A stretch of 64,000 bases of DNA from Tubulanus polymorphus (taxonomy: Eukaryota; Animalia; Nemertea). The stretch spans positions 22,230,150 to 22,294,149 of the forward strand of contig NC_134026.1 in assembly GCF_964204645.1 (NCBI RefSeq), written 5' to 3'. Shown one piece after another: positions 11,971-25,500 of this stretch. Under the pieces are notes generated by a model, which did no database searches, was not told where the DNA came from, and saw only the letters and a list, made by a program, of their open reading frames with translations. Within the stretch, counting starts at the first letter, position 1, and each line of letters begins with the position of its first letter. The position numbers and the translations under genes are program-made.

Positions 11971-12455
11971 AAACAAGGGGTCCAGGGAGGTAACAGGTAA
12001 TAATCCCCCTGGTAGAAATCCCCCTCAGGAACAAATACAGTGATCAATGATTTTGAAACTATACCACAATCATTCAAATTGGCACGGATCAGGCTTGGGC
12101 CAAATTTGGCCCGTGCCTAATTAGAGAGTGCGTTCACACGCAAACCATTCACTCGATACTAAACGATGCTCAAACAAAGCGAAGTGGATCATTTCCGGTG
12201 CCAGTTGCAATTCAAACGCAATCATTTGTCTGGTGCTAAAATTTGGCCCGGGCCTGGTCTGACGTTTTTGGTCGGGCCAAATTTGGCCCGGGCCAAACAG
12301 GCTGGGGCCCATTTAGCACCTGTGTGAACAGTTATTCCAGGCCAAATTTGGCCCGGGCCAAAAATGCTCTTGTGATCGCGGCTATAGAACACGTCATGAG
12401 CTACAACAGCAATTGATTGTGGTTACAAAATATACATGTAGGCACCAAAATTAAT
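11971..12455 (+). mobile_element. Truncated Helentron-type element (relative of 32882-33969) interrupted by a MITE
   Basis: Starts aaacaaggggtccaggga like 32882; one repeat unit (gaaactataccacaatcat / atagaacacgtcatgagctacaac...ggttacaaaatat) is split by the MITE. Confidence 0.7.
12075..12383 (+). mobile_element. MITE family A copy, left end missing
   Basis: Nearly identical to 29209-29518; ends tgtgatcgcggct. Confidence 0.9.
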
Positions 12456-12541
12456 TCATATACCATGTAATTCGAACATTTAAACCCCGCCATGGCAAAC
12501 CTTGGGTAATCAATGACCTTAAAACTTAAAAATGTTAAAGG

Positions 12542-12617
12542 GCATTTGAACTCAGTGAGCAGGCAGCAGATGCATTTTTGCATTTGAACTCAGTGAGCAG
12601 GCAGCAGATGCATTTTT
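12542..12617. repeat. 38-bp tandem duplication
   Basis: gcatttgaactcagtgagcaggcagcagatgcattttt x2. Confidence 0.9.
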
Positions 12618-14122
12618 TCGTAAACGATGTCTTTTAATGTGGCATTTAATCACTTGATGGTTTCAGTGTTTCTGAGTAAAATCTGGCTCTCGGTGAATTA
12701 GAATTATTGAAAAGCTGACTTTAAACTAAGTCAAAACTGTGGAGCTGGGTCCTGAAGGTATTCTGAAGAAATGACGAAAGAAATTTCTGATGATTTCATA
12801 CACTCCGTTGAGGTTCACTTCGATTATTCCTTTTTAAATCCAGATAATGGATTCTCGGTGATAAAACAACCATTTTGCGTAACACCACAAGGTATACATT
12901 TCAATTCCTAAAAGCCAGTAATTTGCTAATGACTTACTTACGTCAGGCTTACTAGCACCGAGTTCAAACCATGAAGAGAGAATTTTCAGCAGGCTGTGTA
13001 TTACTGTATTTGTCAGTTCTAATCACAACTGATTAACTACTGAAACCCACGTCTTTACTTCCATTAACGCACATTAAATTCCGACCCCACACGGATGAGG
13101 TTTCCACATTGCTGTCTGTGATAAAGACTTCAAGCACGCAACAAAATCTCAAAGTTGAAATATGACAGTGGGTGTTTTATGCAAAAAGTTAAATTGAATG
13201 AGAAAACTAACTTGGAAGTTTATTGAGGTATTGAAAAATAACACATTTTATAACTCAATATCGTCAATGAATAACATAATATGAAATTATATAATATTAA
13301 GGATCACTTAAGTTATTTTGGATTTGAATATGGATAATTGAATTGACCGGCAACCAGTCTAGCCCCAATATATTGATGACATCCTCTCAAAATTAACCAT
13401 CAAAATTTTGCAAATATGAAAAATAAAAAAAAAATAAATAAATTAATTAAAAAAAATTAATTAAATAGAGTTAAATAGAGTTAATAGAGTTATGAAATAT
13501 AATTAATTACAAAATAAATGCCAAAATTCCCAATTGTAATTGTTATTTTGAAATGCCAATATTGATGACATAGTGCACATAACGCATACTAGGTATCATT
13601 TGTTACAGTTTTTACGGCGTCAAAAAATATAGGAAGCTAAACGATACTCCAGTTGTAAACCTGAAAACATTCACCATTTCTTGTGTGAAGTCTTAAATGA
13701 ACTTTTTTTTGGAAATGACGATGAACGGTGATAAAATGTCAGGTGTGTTTTCCGTCAGTGCAATTCGAAATTTTGAATACGTTCTTCGAAGACGTTCTTC
13801 CTGCATTAATGACACAAGAGATTTCCAAGGTTGCAAAGGATTTCTATGTTTCACCCACTCGGCTTGGGATTGACTCGGTAAGCTTTACCGCAACTATAAA
13901 CAATGTTATCATCCCTACGGCTGCCGGTGGAAGACAACCACTGATACTTTTCAAACGATAAACCCTCGAGATCTATAATACCATTTTCAGCCTCCGGCTT
14001 TTGCGTTGGAGGGAGCATTTGTATTACGCATTGGATAAGCTTACAAAGAATAATGCTTTGTATTGCGTAAACTGGGGAGTTAAAAGTCAAGCTGAATATC
14101 AATACTGAACTTGAGGGTCTTT

Positions 14123-14425
14123 AGCCGCGATCACACTGGGACGATTTGGCCGGGGCCAAATCGGCAGGATCAGGCCCGAGGCAAATTTGGCCCGTGCCTA
14201 ATGAGCGAGCACGTTCATATGTAAACCGCTCACTAGATACTTAACAATGCTCAAACAAAACGAAGTGAGTAATTTCCAGAACCAGTTGCAATTTACACGT
14301 AATAATCTGACCCGTGCAAAATATGGCCAAGGCCAAACAGGCAAGAACAGCCATTTGGCACCCATGTGAACGGTTGTTCCGGGCATAATTTAGAACTGGC
14401 CAAAAACACTCATGTGATTGCAGCT
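14123..14425 (+). mobile_element. MITE family A copy
   Basis: agccgcgatcacac ... gtgattgcagct; collinear with 29176-29518. Confidence 0.85.
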
Positions 14426-16817
14426 AATAACATCCACATTAAAACCGCGAAGATAAACGAAATTGAATTTTATCATCTGGGATTCAGCCTTTCTCTCGAA
14501 GATGTAGTTGAGTATCATCAGTATGATAATTCTCCTGACAGTACATACAAGTTACCCAAAAAGATAGCATGGTATGCTGCGATCTTTAATCACACGCAAA
14601 TCAAATCAATGACCAATTCAATTCTTCAAATCATGTAACTAAATCTAGAGCTACATCGGCCGAAGAAAGTTCATCAAGCCATCAGTTTCGTAGTAATACT
14701 GCGATGTATACGAACATTGACAAGCCGCATACACATACATACGCAGCTTCCAGCTAGAATTTCGAAACATATTAGATTACATCGTTCGAAAATCAAATCA
14801 CGCAGATTACCGCGAAGAAATAAGGTGACACTTTTCGCAAAAGAGCGAGCAATTTAAAGAGAATATCTTACAATAAGCCTTGTAAGGCATAAAAAACGTT
14901 TAGGCATAAGGCTAAGCTATTGAAAGGATATATTTCTTTCTCAGAATTGCACGATATCCAAACTACGCAGCGAGATGGCCAGCCGAGACACAACATCGCT
15001 GTCAAAGCAAATCATCTACGGTTATCGGTGGTGCCTTTTGGAAGGATAATGGCTTGCATAAGAAAATGGCTTCTATCCATGAACACATTACTGAAAATCT
15101 ATGCACAATATTCATTCGATCATGAGTACGACCATGATCATGGAATTCATGAAAATTCCAAAAACTAGACCATGATACTAGATACCTAATGTATCTATTG
15201 ATAATCTTGTAACCAGTGTTCTTCTGATGTGCAAATGCAATAGATATACTCCCTATCCTTTTAATATAAGTGCCTTTTCGAGGAAAACACCATTTAAAAG
15301 ACATTGGGGTACACTACGTTGCTTTTCATTACCATAAAAAGTAAATCATGAATGATCAAAGCTTTAAGTGTGTCAAATATATATGCAAATAGCACACACT
15401 TATAAAAGTTCAAAGTGGAAAAAATGAAAGATTTACAGTCATTTTCAATGGAACAGAAATTCTGCATTAAATGCACAGTTTATTGAACCACGACTCGACG
15501 CTGCTATTTCTGGTTTGATTTTCAATATAACGCGCAGTGCAGAATTCATAATTAACAGCAAATATATTTCGTATGCAGATCATGAAACAACTGCGATAGT
15601 TCTCATCGCGTTACGAACATCGATGTCTTCGCTTCATCTTCAATTCTGTAACAATTTCGCGGTGAAGTGACTCTTCATGGGTTCTCGTACGCGCGCCAAG
15701 AGAGCTCATAACGACTGGCGATACTGGCCCTAGTACAGCCATACACCAAACAGACTCATCAAAACAAAAACTGCTTCATTTATACGTTCATGCATGTGGT
15801 CGCCGTAAAAAACCGTTACAATTATGTTTATATACATTCTGCGGCGTAATATAAGGGGTTCTGTGTAAGACGATGTGCACTACATCATCAATATTGGCGT
15901 TTCAAAATAACGATTACAATTGAGAATTTTGGCATCTATTTTGTTATCAAATCTGTTTCATAACTGGTATGTGCATATCGAGGCTAGACTGGTTGCTGGT
16001 TAATTCAATTCAATTATCAATACATTCAAATCCAAAATAAAAATTGATCCTTAGATATCATAAAATTTTTCATTCATTGTCGAGAATTAAGCAATATATG
16101 TATCATTTTTCAAGGCATCAATAAACTTCCAAAATAGTTGTCTTCTTTATTGAAATTCATGATTATGAGTTTGGATTTAACTTCAATACTTAAAATATAT
16201 TGAACTCTGTTTAGTCACAGATTTACACAGAAAAGCAACCGGGCTCCAGTGTTTTTGGGTGAAACTTTTTCACGTTCACTTACAAATAAAGTGTTGATTG
16301 AATTGAATTGACCTTTTGAAATCATGGTTGTTTCTTCTTCCTCTTGCGCATACTGGACGCCTTCATCAGTTTGAAGATTAAGCCAGTTACGCACTTGGAG
16401 TCCGTTAAAGGATATGCCAAATTCATAATCCATTAGGCAACTATAATCAATTAGGTAAACTGTCACAGCTATAGATCTGTGTAAATTCTTATATTCATAT
16501 TCTGAGTAGTTATTTCCACTGCAGGCTTACATGCCCCTCTCTACATTTATTTAGTTTATTCAATACATTATACCTGAAAAGGCTGAAGTGACTAAGTGAA
16601 ATTGATCGTACTAGAATACATACCATTTATAAAGGATAGGTTTTGTTTTAGTTACACGATCCTGTTGTCGCTTTATACGTTATGCAAAATTATCTGTAAA
16701 CCGATGGTTTGTGTGTTTCAAGCTTTATACGCTGGGCCGATGGAAACTTTTTCATTACATAAGATATTCGAGATGCGAGATACGCCATACGCGATAGAGT
16801 TGAACATCTTTACTTAC

Positions 16818-17042
16818 CCATATTTGTAATTTGACTCGTTTGTCTTGTCTGAATACTGTCTTCACTTTGAAATCTATTCCGACCGTGCTGACGAACGCCG
16901 ACGTGAACGAATCATCCGCGTATCGAAATAAAAACGACGTCTTACCGACGCTACTATTTCCGATGATTAAAAGTTTGAACATATAATCGAAATTCTGATC
17001 GGCGGCGTCTTTTTGCCATTTCGAGTCGCTTGCTGAAGCCAT
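16818..17042 (-). CDS. Rab3: Rab3 first coding exon (G1 GNSSVGKT, switch I)
   Basis: ttttctag|ATG GCT...ATA TGG|gtaagt; [75 protein letters not shown]. The acceptor directly before the ATG implies an upstream non-coding exon. Confidence 0.98.
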
Positions 17043-17703
17043 CTAGAAAATACGAGAACAATTGATTAGAATATCGCACAATGGTTACTCGGAAAAGTAT
17101 GTTTTCTGAACTTAAACCTTTTATCCAGTTGTAAAGTGATATGAAAATCTTGATAATTCTCATTGTTCGATCTAAGCTTAGGTTGTCCTTACAATAAGAT
17201 ACACTCAGCATGCTAACAGAATTAGACAGCAGTTATTAGTTCATGCAGAATAGGCAGTTATGAGGGTAAACTATACAACATTTTAGTTGTGATGATATCT
17301 ATATGGAACGTCTTCAAAAATGGCGGATGAAAAAATGTCATATTTGGGAGATGAAGCAGGTAAAAACTTGATTCATACAAGCGGTGAGCCATACAGACTT
17401 TCTCGGCAGCGTTCGAAAGACAACATCTTTGGGATCCAGACGCTGGGTGTTGTCACCCTGACATGTGCATTGTTGCAATAATCGGTTGTCAGGGTGACTC
17501 TTCTCCTTTCGGTTTACCTAATTTTTGGGCACCAAAAAAATCAGCAATAACTCATAAAACCTATGAGTGAAGAGACAAATCATTTCACTTGATAGCATAC
17601 AACCGGTCTCAAATAGAAGTCAAAATCTCATGTCATCTTCGTATTTTGAGGTCGTTGTGTGTGCTCATGAGCTTTCATTACTGACTACAACTCATCGACA
17701 CGA

Positions 17704-17994
17704 TTAACCCTTTCAGTGCTGACTAATTAATACCATATAGTGCTGGAGATAATTTGAAAATTCCACCCTAGTCTGTTGAAGAGCGGATATACCACTATAG
17801 TGCGACGACACCGTGGCGCGGTGTATCGTTGGTTACTAATATTTCACTATGTTTGACAGGTGCTGCCATCTTTCAAGAGAGATAATTACTAATTACATCA
17901 ATACACCGTAGTGCGGTGTATTGATGTAGAGTAGACATCATCGATCATCGATTTATACACCGCAATGCCGTGTAGACGCGCTGAAAGAGTTATC
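17704..17994. mobile_element. piggyBac-like MITE
   Basis: ttaa-ccctttcagtgc ... gcgctgaaagag-ttat, with internal inverted acaccg/cggtgt motifs. Confidence 0.6.
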
Positions 17995-19689
17995 ATATCG
18001 AAGCAGAAGCATATGCTACTACAGATTGTCAATATTATGATCGATCGCCGCCGAATTAACCGCCATTTTTAGATATCCGTTGGCAGCCCCGATGTTATAA
18101 ACGATGTGTATTGTCTCGACAAGGAAAAATGAAGAATACAGCCACACCGCTGGTGCACACACGTGAATGCCATACTAATGATTTAAGCTGATTATCAGTC
18201 AGTTTCACTCCGTACGTGCAACACTCAGTATTGATCATGAAAATATCCTGGTGGTCCGTGGTCGATGACGATTTTTAAAGATCGATACAAAATATCGAAT
18301 ATGACTTAATCAGAAACAACAGTTATGTTAACAAAAATGTAGTTTAGTATATGTACATACGTACAGCTGCAGCTGTGCAAACCACATCAGTCATAATCCC
18401 GGTACTAATTTGGACGATTTCTGAATCAGTGTGGCACAGAAAAATTGGAATTAGAAATCTTCGGATCGGTTATAGGAAGATGATTTATTCCCGAGATCCT
18501 AGACATTTCGCTCATGTCAGAGGCAGAAGACTTTCCACAGAAAAGGCTGAAGAATTACTATAAGTTGACAATTCGCTACATATTCACTAACTTGCTAGTA
18601 AAACATCAGTTCGTATAACTATGCAATACTATCGATAATGTATGGCTGCGCTCTACATCATCTTCTACTCTACATCATCATCCGAAATACAAGTAGACAG
18701 CGCAATTTGAAATGCGATGAAAAGGCACCGCATATTTGTTAATATTTCTATGTTATGAAGATCATGATATGAGATTGTCAAATGCAATTACGCCCAAATC
18801 ATATAAAATTACATGGAATAGAATCACAGTGTCGTGCACCAACCTCAGATTATCATTCCCAGTGTCTGTGCCTTACATCTTCAAGCTAATTACAGAGACA
18901 CCACCAACACGATATACATTTGTATCATATTACACGAAAACAGGACTGCAATACAGCGGCATTAGCCAGCATAAGAGTAAGGTTTCATGTAAGCTACAGG
19001 GGGAAAAACTGATGAAGCTATATCATTAGTATAAACTGGAGGTAGTTTTAAATCAAATGGCAGAATATTATGTCTTCCTACACAAGCAGCTCGATATAAC
19101 ATACAATTATGGTGAAGTCCGATTTAACTGAAATGTTTGTGTTCAACAAGGATTTCGTCACTGAGTGTTGTAATCGGGGATTAATGTACGCATCACGGGC
19201 CCAATCAACATTTCCGAAATCTTTCTACAACATGGGAAAAAATCTATCAATTTACTGAGATTATGTCGTCATCCAGCAATGACGTCAGGGATCAGGAAAA
19301 TGTATCACGACACAGCTGATTAAACAAAAACAAGCAGAACACAGCCAGACTGACTAATAACATATTTCAATGCCTTTATCAACTAAATTATACCCGAGCA
19401 GGTGGTGCGTAATAATCATAATATGGAACTCAACATCTGGCTATGGGGATGAACCCATGAGGTTGGGTTTAATTCCCAGAATTTAGGGTGATTCAAACTT
19501 CTCTGCGGCGGCTGTTACCATATTTGAATTTCTAGTCAGTTGTTTAAAAATGATTGATCACCGATTTCTACGAATTAGAGGAAGCCCCCCAGAGCAAAAT
19601 TACCTTTACCAGAATATCGCGAGTAAGTTTCTAGTCTCTCAGTAAAATGCTGATAAAAATAGCCTCAGCGCAAGGCTAATAATTTCATG

Positions 19690-20332
19690 CTAAAATGGCC
19701 AAGGAAAGAATGGCTAAGGAAAAAATGGCCAGGAAAAAATGGCCAAGGAGAGAATGGCCAAGGTATTTGCCTAGAAAAAAATGGCCATGGAAAAAAGGCC
19801 AAGGAAGATTAAATAGAAAAACTAACCATCATTTCATTGACTAAAAAGAAATCAAATGCATTGATGTTTTGACATGTCACTTTTTGAGATTATTAGTCCT
19901 GGATTAGTTTAGGTGTATTCATGATGAGCATATCTCACTTCGATGTTATCAGACACTACACCAGTTTGCTATATAAATTACCACACAATTTCAATGCATT
20001 TACCTTTGATGATTTAAGAGTCTGTGCCCTAATAGCTTACTTAGATGTTTTGAAATATTAATTTAACTAATTTATTAATTTTAAGTTTATCACTATTAAG
20101 TTTATCCATTGCCCACTTTCATGATAGTTCTTGATATATTCATCATATGTAATGAAATAAATGTAAGTTCATCACATTTCTGAACTCATTCTACCGATTT
20201 CAATTGTTTTTAGCCCCATGAAAAATAAATGATGTCATTAAATTGAAAGCTTAAAGTTTATTAACATTGTCAGTAGTAAATTTTTCTTGGCCATTTTTTC
20301 CGAGGCCATTTCTTCCTTGGCCATTTTTTCCT
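19690..20332. mobile_element. Foldback-like element with about 15-bp terminal sub-repeats
   Basis: Left array of aaaatggccaagga units (19690-19806); inverted array ttccttggccatttt at 20281-20332; AT-rich middle. Confidence 0.65.
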
Positions 20333-20655
20333 ACATTCAATAAACGTGTAACCCTTTCCTGGCTAGTCCTGAAATTATTCAGCTTAAAGAACTGATTCCA
20401 AAATCATTGGTTGAAAAAGGTTTCAGTCCGATATATCGTTCACAAGAAACTGCGGCACTCAATATCTATAACTCCAACAACAACGACTCACTCTTTGCTA
20501 TAATGAGACCTAATTTGTAGAAAATGGAGAAGCAATCACAAGCTTTGTTTTATCAACAGAAGGAATAGATGGTTCCGACAAGCAATGATCCTCGGCATAA
20601 GCCTAGACTGAAAATACTTGTGAACCCAGGATAACATAGTTTTGAAAGTCACTTA

Positions 20656-20810
20656 GGGTCATTCATTTATCACGTACGCATCAGGGAGGGGGGAGAAGTC
20701 AGTGCAATTGTGTACTGTAATGCTTAACGTATATGAAAAAATGGCCGATTTTGGGTACAGAGGGGTTGAAAAATTCAAATTTTATGCGTACGCAATAAAT
20801 GAATGATCCC
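20656..20810. mobile_element. PIF/Harbinger-type MITE with TTA TSD
   Basis: tta|gggtcattcatttatcacgtacgcat ... atgcgtacgcaataaatgaatgatccc|tta. Confidence 0.8.
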
Positions 20811-22420
20811 TTAATGGCCTCTGATTCTATACTATGAAGATATAAATGTCCCAACGCCCGGTGGATGGACAACATCCACGACTATACCAATGGTAGTGTG
20901 AACACAAAATCGGGCGTAATCAAACATTACTCGTTAAGATGGATATCCGCAGGAAATCAGGTATGAGCAAATATCGTTTGGCAATCCAAATCGATCAGTT
21001 CAAAGTGAGGACATTGTTTATGAAACTATTCATTAATGGCTGATTAAACATTTGAAACTAAGTGTCGTAATAGGGTCAACTGGTGCATCAAGCGATTCAA
21101 ATAGGACTTATCAGTTACAGCGACGGAAAGTTCTCCAAATACATCCTACAACAACGGTTCTTTAGGAAGATACCTACATCAAACGGTCTACTCCAAGCTT
21201 GTTACTCCCTAAAACTGCCAGTGGATCATGCTCGTGAAATATCTAAGTCTCTTGTGAATCTTAGATGAAAATAAGATCTTAATTTTAAGTCATGAATGGC
21301 GAGATTTATCATCAGTAGCAACTTGTGCTTAAATCGCCAAGAAGTCATCTGGCCATACTGGACGATTTTCATAGCCTAATCGCGGGCAAAAAATGACACC
21401 ACTATATAGTTGTGGGTGCCATGTCACTTCAAGGGGCCTCCATTTTGTGAATTACTAATGATTCTTATCTCATTGATTGGTAATTTGTTATAGGATTTGT
21501 CAGTAGAAGCTGTACACTTGGTGATTGATAGTTATTTGCTGCCGAATTTGGGGATGGGGAATGGCTGGTGACCATTTGTCTTACGAAAAGAGTTACCAGT
21601 GGCCGCAGACTAGGCGATATTTGTAGCTTGCGACGAACATCACCAAGAAATTGGCAAGAAATCACGTAGATTCTATAATCGACAGGCTTTACGAAAGCTG
21701 ATAGACGCCTCCTCCCATTACCCCCACTGACTATTCATCTAAATATCTATATATAAACAATAATTCTTTTTGCCAATATCTCACAATGGGGAATATATCA
21801 TCAAATATCTACATTTCTCCATTTACATATGTATATATACATACACTAGATTAAATCTAAAGTTATTATTGTTTTCCTGAAAGGCTGTTGTCCATGCTTA
21901 CCACGACAGATGTTTTTGCTATGTTATAAATGTTTGATGAAGTCATAGCTGTTACTTTTTTGAGAGACGAAAAGCATGTGACTCGAAAACAGCTGTCCGC
22001 TTAGTAATGAAACCTAAACCAACGAACCACCCAAACATTGGCCGGTGTCATCTACTGGCCTGAATACGAGAAAAGCTTTCGACCGATTGGCCGCGCAATT
22101 GAACCCATTTGGGCTAGTGGCGCGAGTAATTATTCTCCGTAGACGAACCAATCGACGAGTAATATTCCTGTGCTGACGATAACCAATCCTGTCACTATGA
22201 CGAGAGAGATGTCGTCGCAAACAAATAACAATTATCGTCGTTTGTCGAGTTACGCTGATTCTTCTCGAGACGTCCGGCTCTATCACACATGGAATGTGGA
22301 AAACGAGAAAAAAAAGCCTTTCCCACATCAGCGTCAAACGAAATTACGTGTATCTATGATTTTGCCATGTCTGACATGAACATCGAAAAACCTACGATGG
22401 CTTTTTCACGATGTCATCCA

Positions 22421-22591
<171 letters not shown>

Positions 22592-25500
22592 CCGGTATAT
22601 TATCTATTATGTATTAGCTAGCGTACATACTGATGAAGTATCGGCGACCACCACCACGCAAAGTGGTCGATAAAAATCATCAACGGAAAATTGATCGGAA
22701 ATATTTGTGACTCAACTGTCGGTAGAATGTATGTACGAATGTATACATCGATGTACATCAAGTATACGCAAGAAATTCTCTCAAAGCGAATGGCCATAGA
22801 GAGATAGATGGATAGATAGAGAGCGCGAGGGGAGAAATCAATTGAATTGATTTTCTCTGTATAAGACGCCATCAGTATATGTCGTCGTCATCATCGCCAG
22901 GGTTAGGCAGCGCCGTACCAATACCACCAATACACGATGATGAACAACAAGCAATCAAGCGCTGCATAATATATGATCTCTGGAACGTATTCTATATATT
23001 CGACCCTGTGTAGAGAAACAAAACAACAGACACAGTAGTCTGTGAGCCTGGGGTGGGTGTCATAATCCCATAGATCGCACTATGAAACAATGGATTCATC
23101 AAAGTAAGGTGGTTATTACTTATGATAATATCTGTAGTCAAGACGTGTTGGTATATCTGACTAATTGAAAGATAACTGCGGGTGTTAATGATGAATGAAA
23201 ATGGCACGTCATGGAGGCAGGCGTCTCCTTATTTCAGATGACCAATGTTCTTGCACGTACAAAGAGTTCAAAGAGTTTGAGTCAAGTGATAATTCTACAT
23301 ATGAATTAATGAAAACTTGTACCAAAAATTCACAGCTACAAGTTTCAACAAAAATGGCTTCATATAGAGCCTCATCGGTATTACTCCACAAACTTCTTTT
23401 CTCCCGAGCATAAATGTATATGACCTACAGGCCAATCTAAAGATAACAGTTTTTATTAATTCTAGCAATAATGTTTATCCACACCAACATGTCGCACCGC
23501 CCTTGTTTGATAAATTACATGGCAGATGACATCAAGCAGTCCAAATAAGTGGATGTACCATGTTTAACGACAAACAGCCTAATCGATATATGAAATTGAA
23601 ATTTCGCATAGGTTCATACGTCCTGCATATGAAACGAAGCCATAATACTTGACGTATGTGTACAGTGATAATCTATTCGGGCTAATTATACCAACTAATT
23701 TTGCCATCACGAACGGCAAAACAAAAAATTTACTGGTACATAATTCGAGTTCATGTCTGCATCGCTGTCAACAAGCGATAGACACACATTTTCATTCAGT
23801 TCAATTTATCAAATCGTTCATGGAAATGAATATGATCTAATACATCTCTATCCACGAAGTGAAAAAGTTCACATCGATCTTACTAATATCTGGTGAACTA
23901 TATGTCTAAAACGTATAGCCCATAAAAATCGTACCGGTATCAAAGAAGAAATGCTTAAAAATTACCATAAAATCCTAGAAACCTTAAACATGGATCCAAT
24001 AGAAACGGTTATAGATATTTTAATATATTGTTCTAATATCATAAATATAAACCAGCTTTATTCAAATTGTTAGGCGATCATCATAAAACAAATTAACCCC
24101 AATCACTAAAGTTCTAATTGATTTACTATTAATATAAATATGGTAATTACAACAATAGAACTGAACTGAGCCATTAAAGCTTTTAAACGATGAAAACCTG
24201 ACGATACCTAATCCCTGGATGAATGAGAACGCCGGTGAAAAACCTACCTTATTATCCAGTCCGAACGTTTACAATATGATATTTTAGTTCAATTTAAGAT
24301 TAATTCCGAGACGTGTAATTTCGGCGATTAAATGATTTTGCGAATCGACAGTAGTTCCCGAAGCCGCGATTCTCGTTTCAAAATGGCTGCAAAGCAATGA
24401 ATCCTGGCGTGTACAGCGACCTTCTTTCATTCGCTGAATCAATATATGCTAATGTCGCGTAGCAGCAGTGTGAATATTCCAGTGCGCACGCCGCCGCCAG
24501 TCACCAATGACAGTACACACAGATATACAACACAGCCTGTATGCGTTACCATAGTAATCAATATCGTATTCATCGATACAATGAAATCATCAGAAATTTT
24601 GACGGATTTCGCGCGCGTGCACCGATAGGGGGTACGCGGGGTAACGGGGCGATAATTAATATTAATGACGTAACAGATTCATTACGCGAAAAGGGTAACA
24701 ATGACAACGTTGTTTGGTGGTAGAAATAACTGGAATCAAGTTCTGACAAGAGGGCCATATATACACGAATTACGGGTTTGATATTTTGTGGATATTTCTC
24801 CGCCCTTCGATGTCGGATCAAACCATTCGAACATTCGTCATAGGGAAAGCAGATAGATTTGAAAGATGACTAGCGATCGATATTCCACAGCTGGGACACT
24901 CCTTTCTATATCGTATGTTTAGGGTTGAAATTCGTCCTTGAAGAAGTGGTTTTGGCCCAGGCGACTTAGAGTGCTTGAACCGAGAGGTATCAAATTCATA
25001 CCTGATCTGATAAATTTCAAATTCTGGCGTCTTTTTTTTAAAAGAATTCTCATCATCGAAGCCAAATCGATACCGCTCCCATTCAACGAGGTCAGGATTA
25101 AAAGACGAAATACAATACAACGTCATCTCATTAAGGACTGTTTTTCATCCCATCATGATTACATTATCATTCGAAAGTGGCACAGGCGGAAAAACGTTCG
25201 CGCGATTACGGCTTTAAAATAACGTCATACATCAAATTTTCATCGTTTCGAAGAAATCTTCCTCTAGGATCAACTTTCAACTCATATACGCATACTATAC
25301 GGGGAAATTAACCCAAAAGGACAAAGTTACTTATAATACGAAATGTAGTTATTTATTCAACCCCGGAAGAAATGTATTATTTGCTACTTAATTTGATCAC
25401 GACCACACCTTACTTAAACCTACGTAATACCCCTGAAGACAATCTTTTTTTTTTACAATACAAAATTTCTTCTTTGATTAAATAATTTAAGCGCGTAGAT

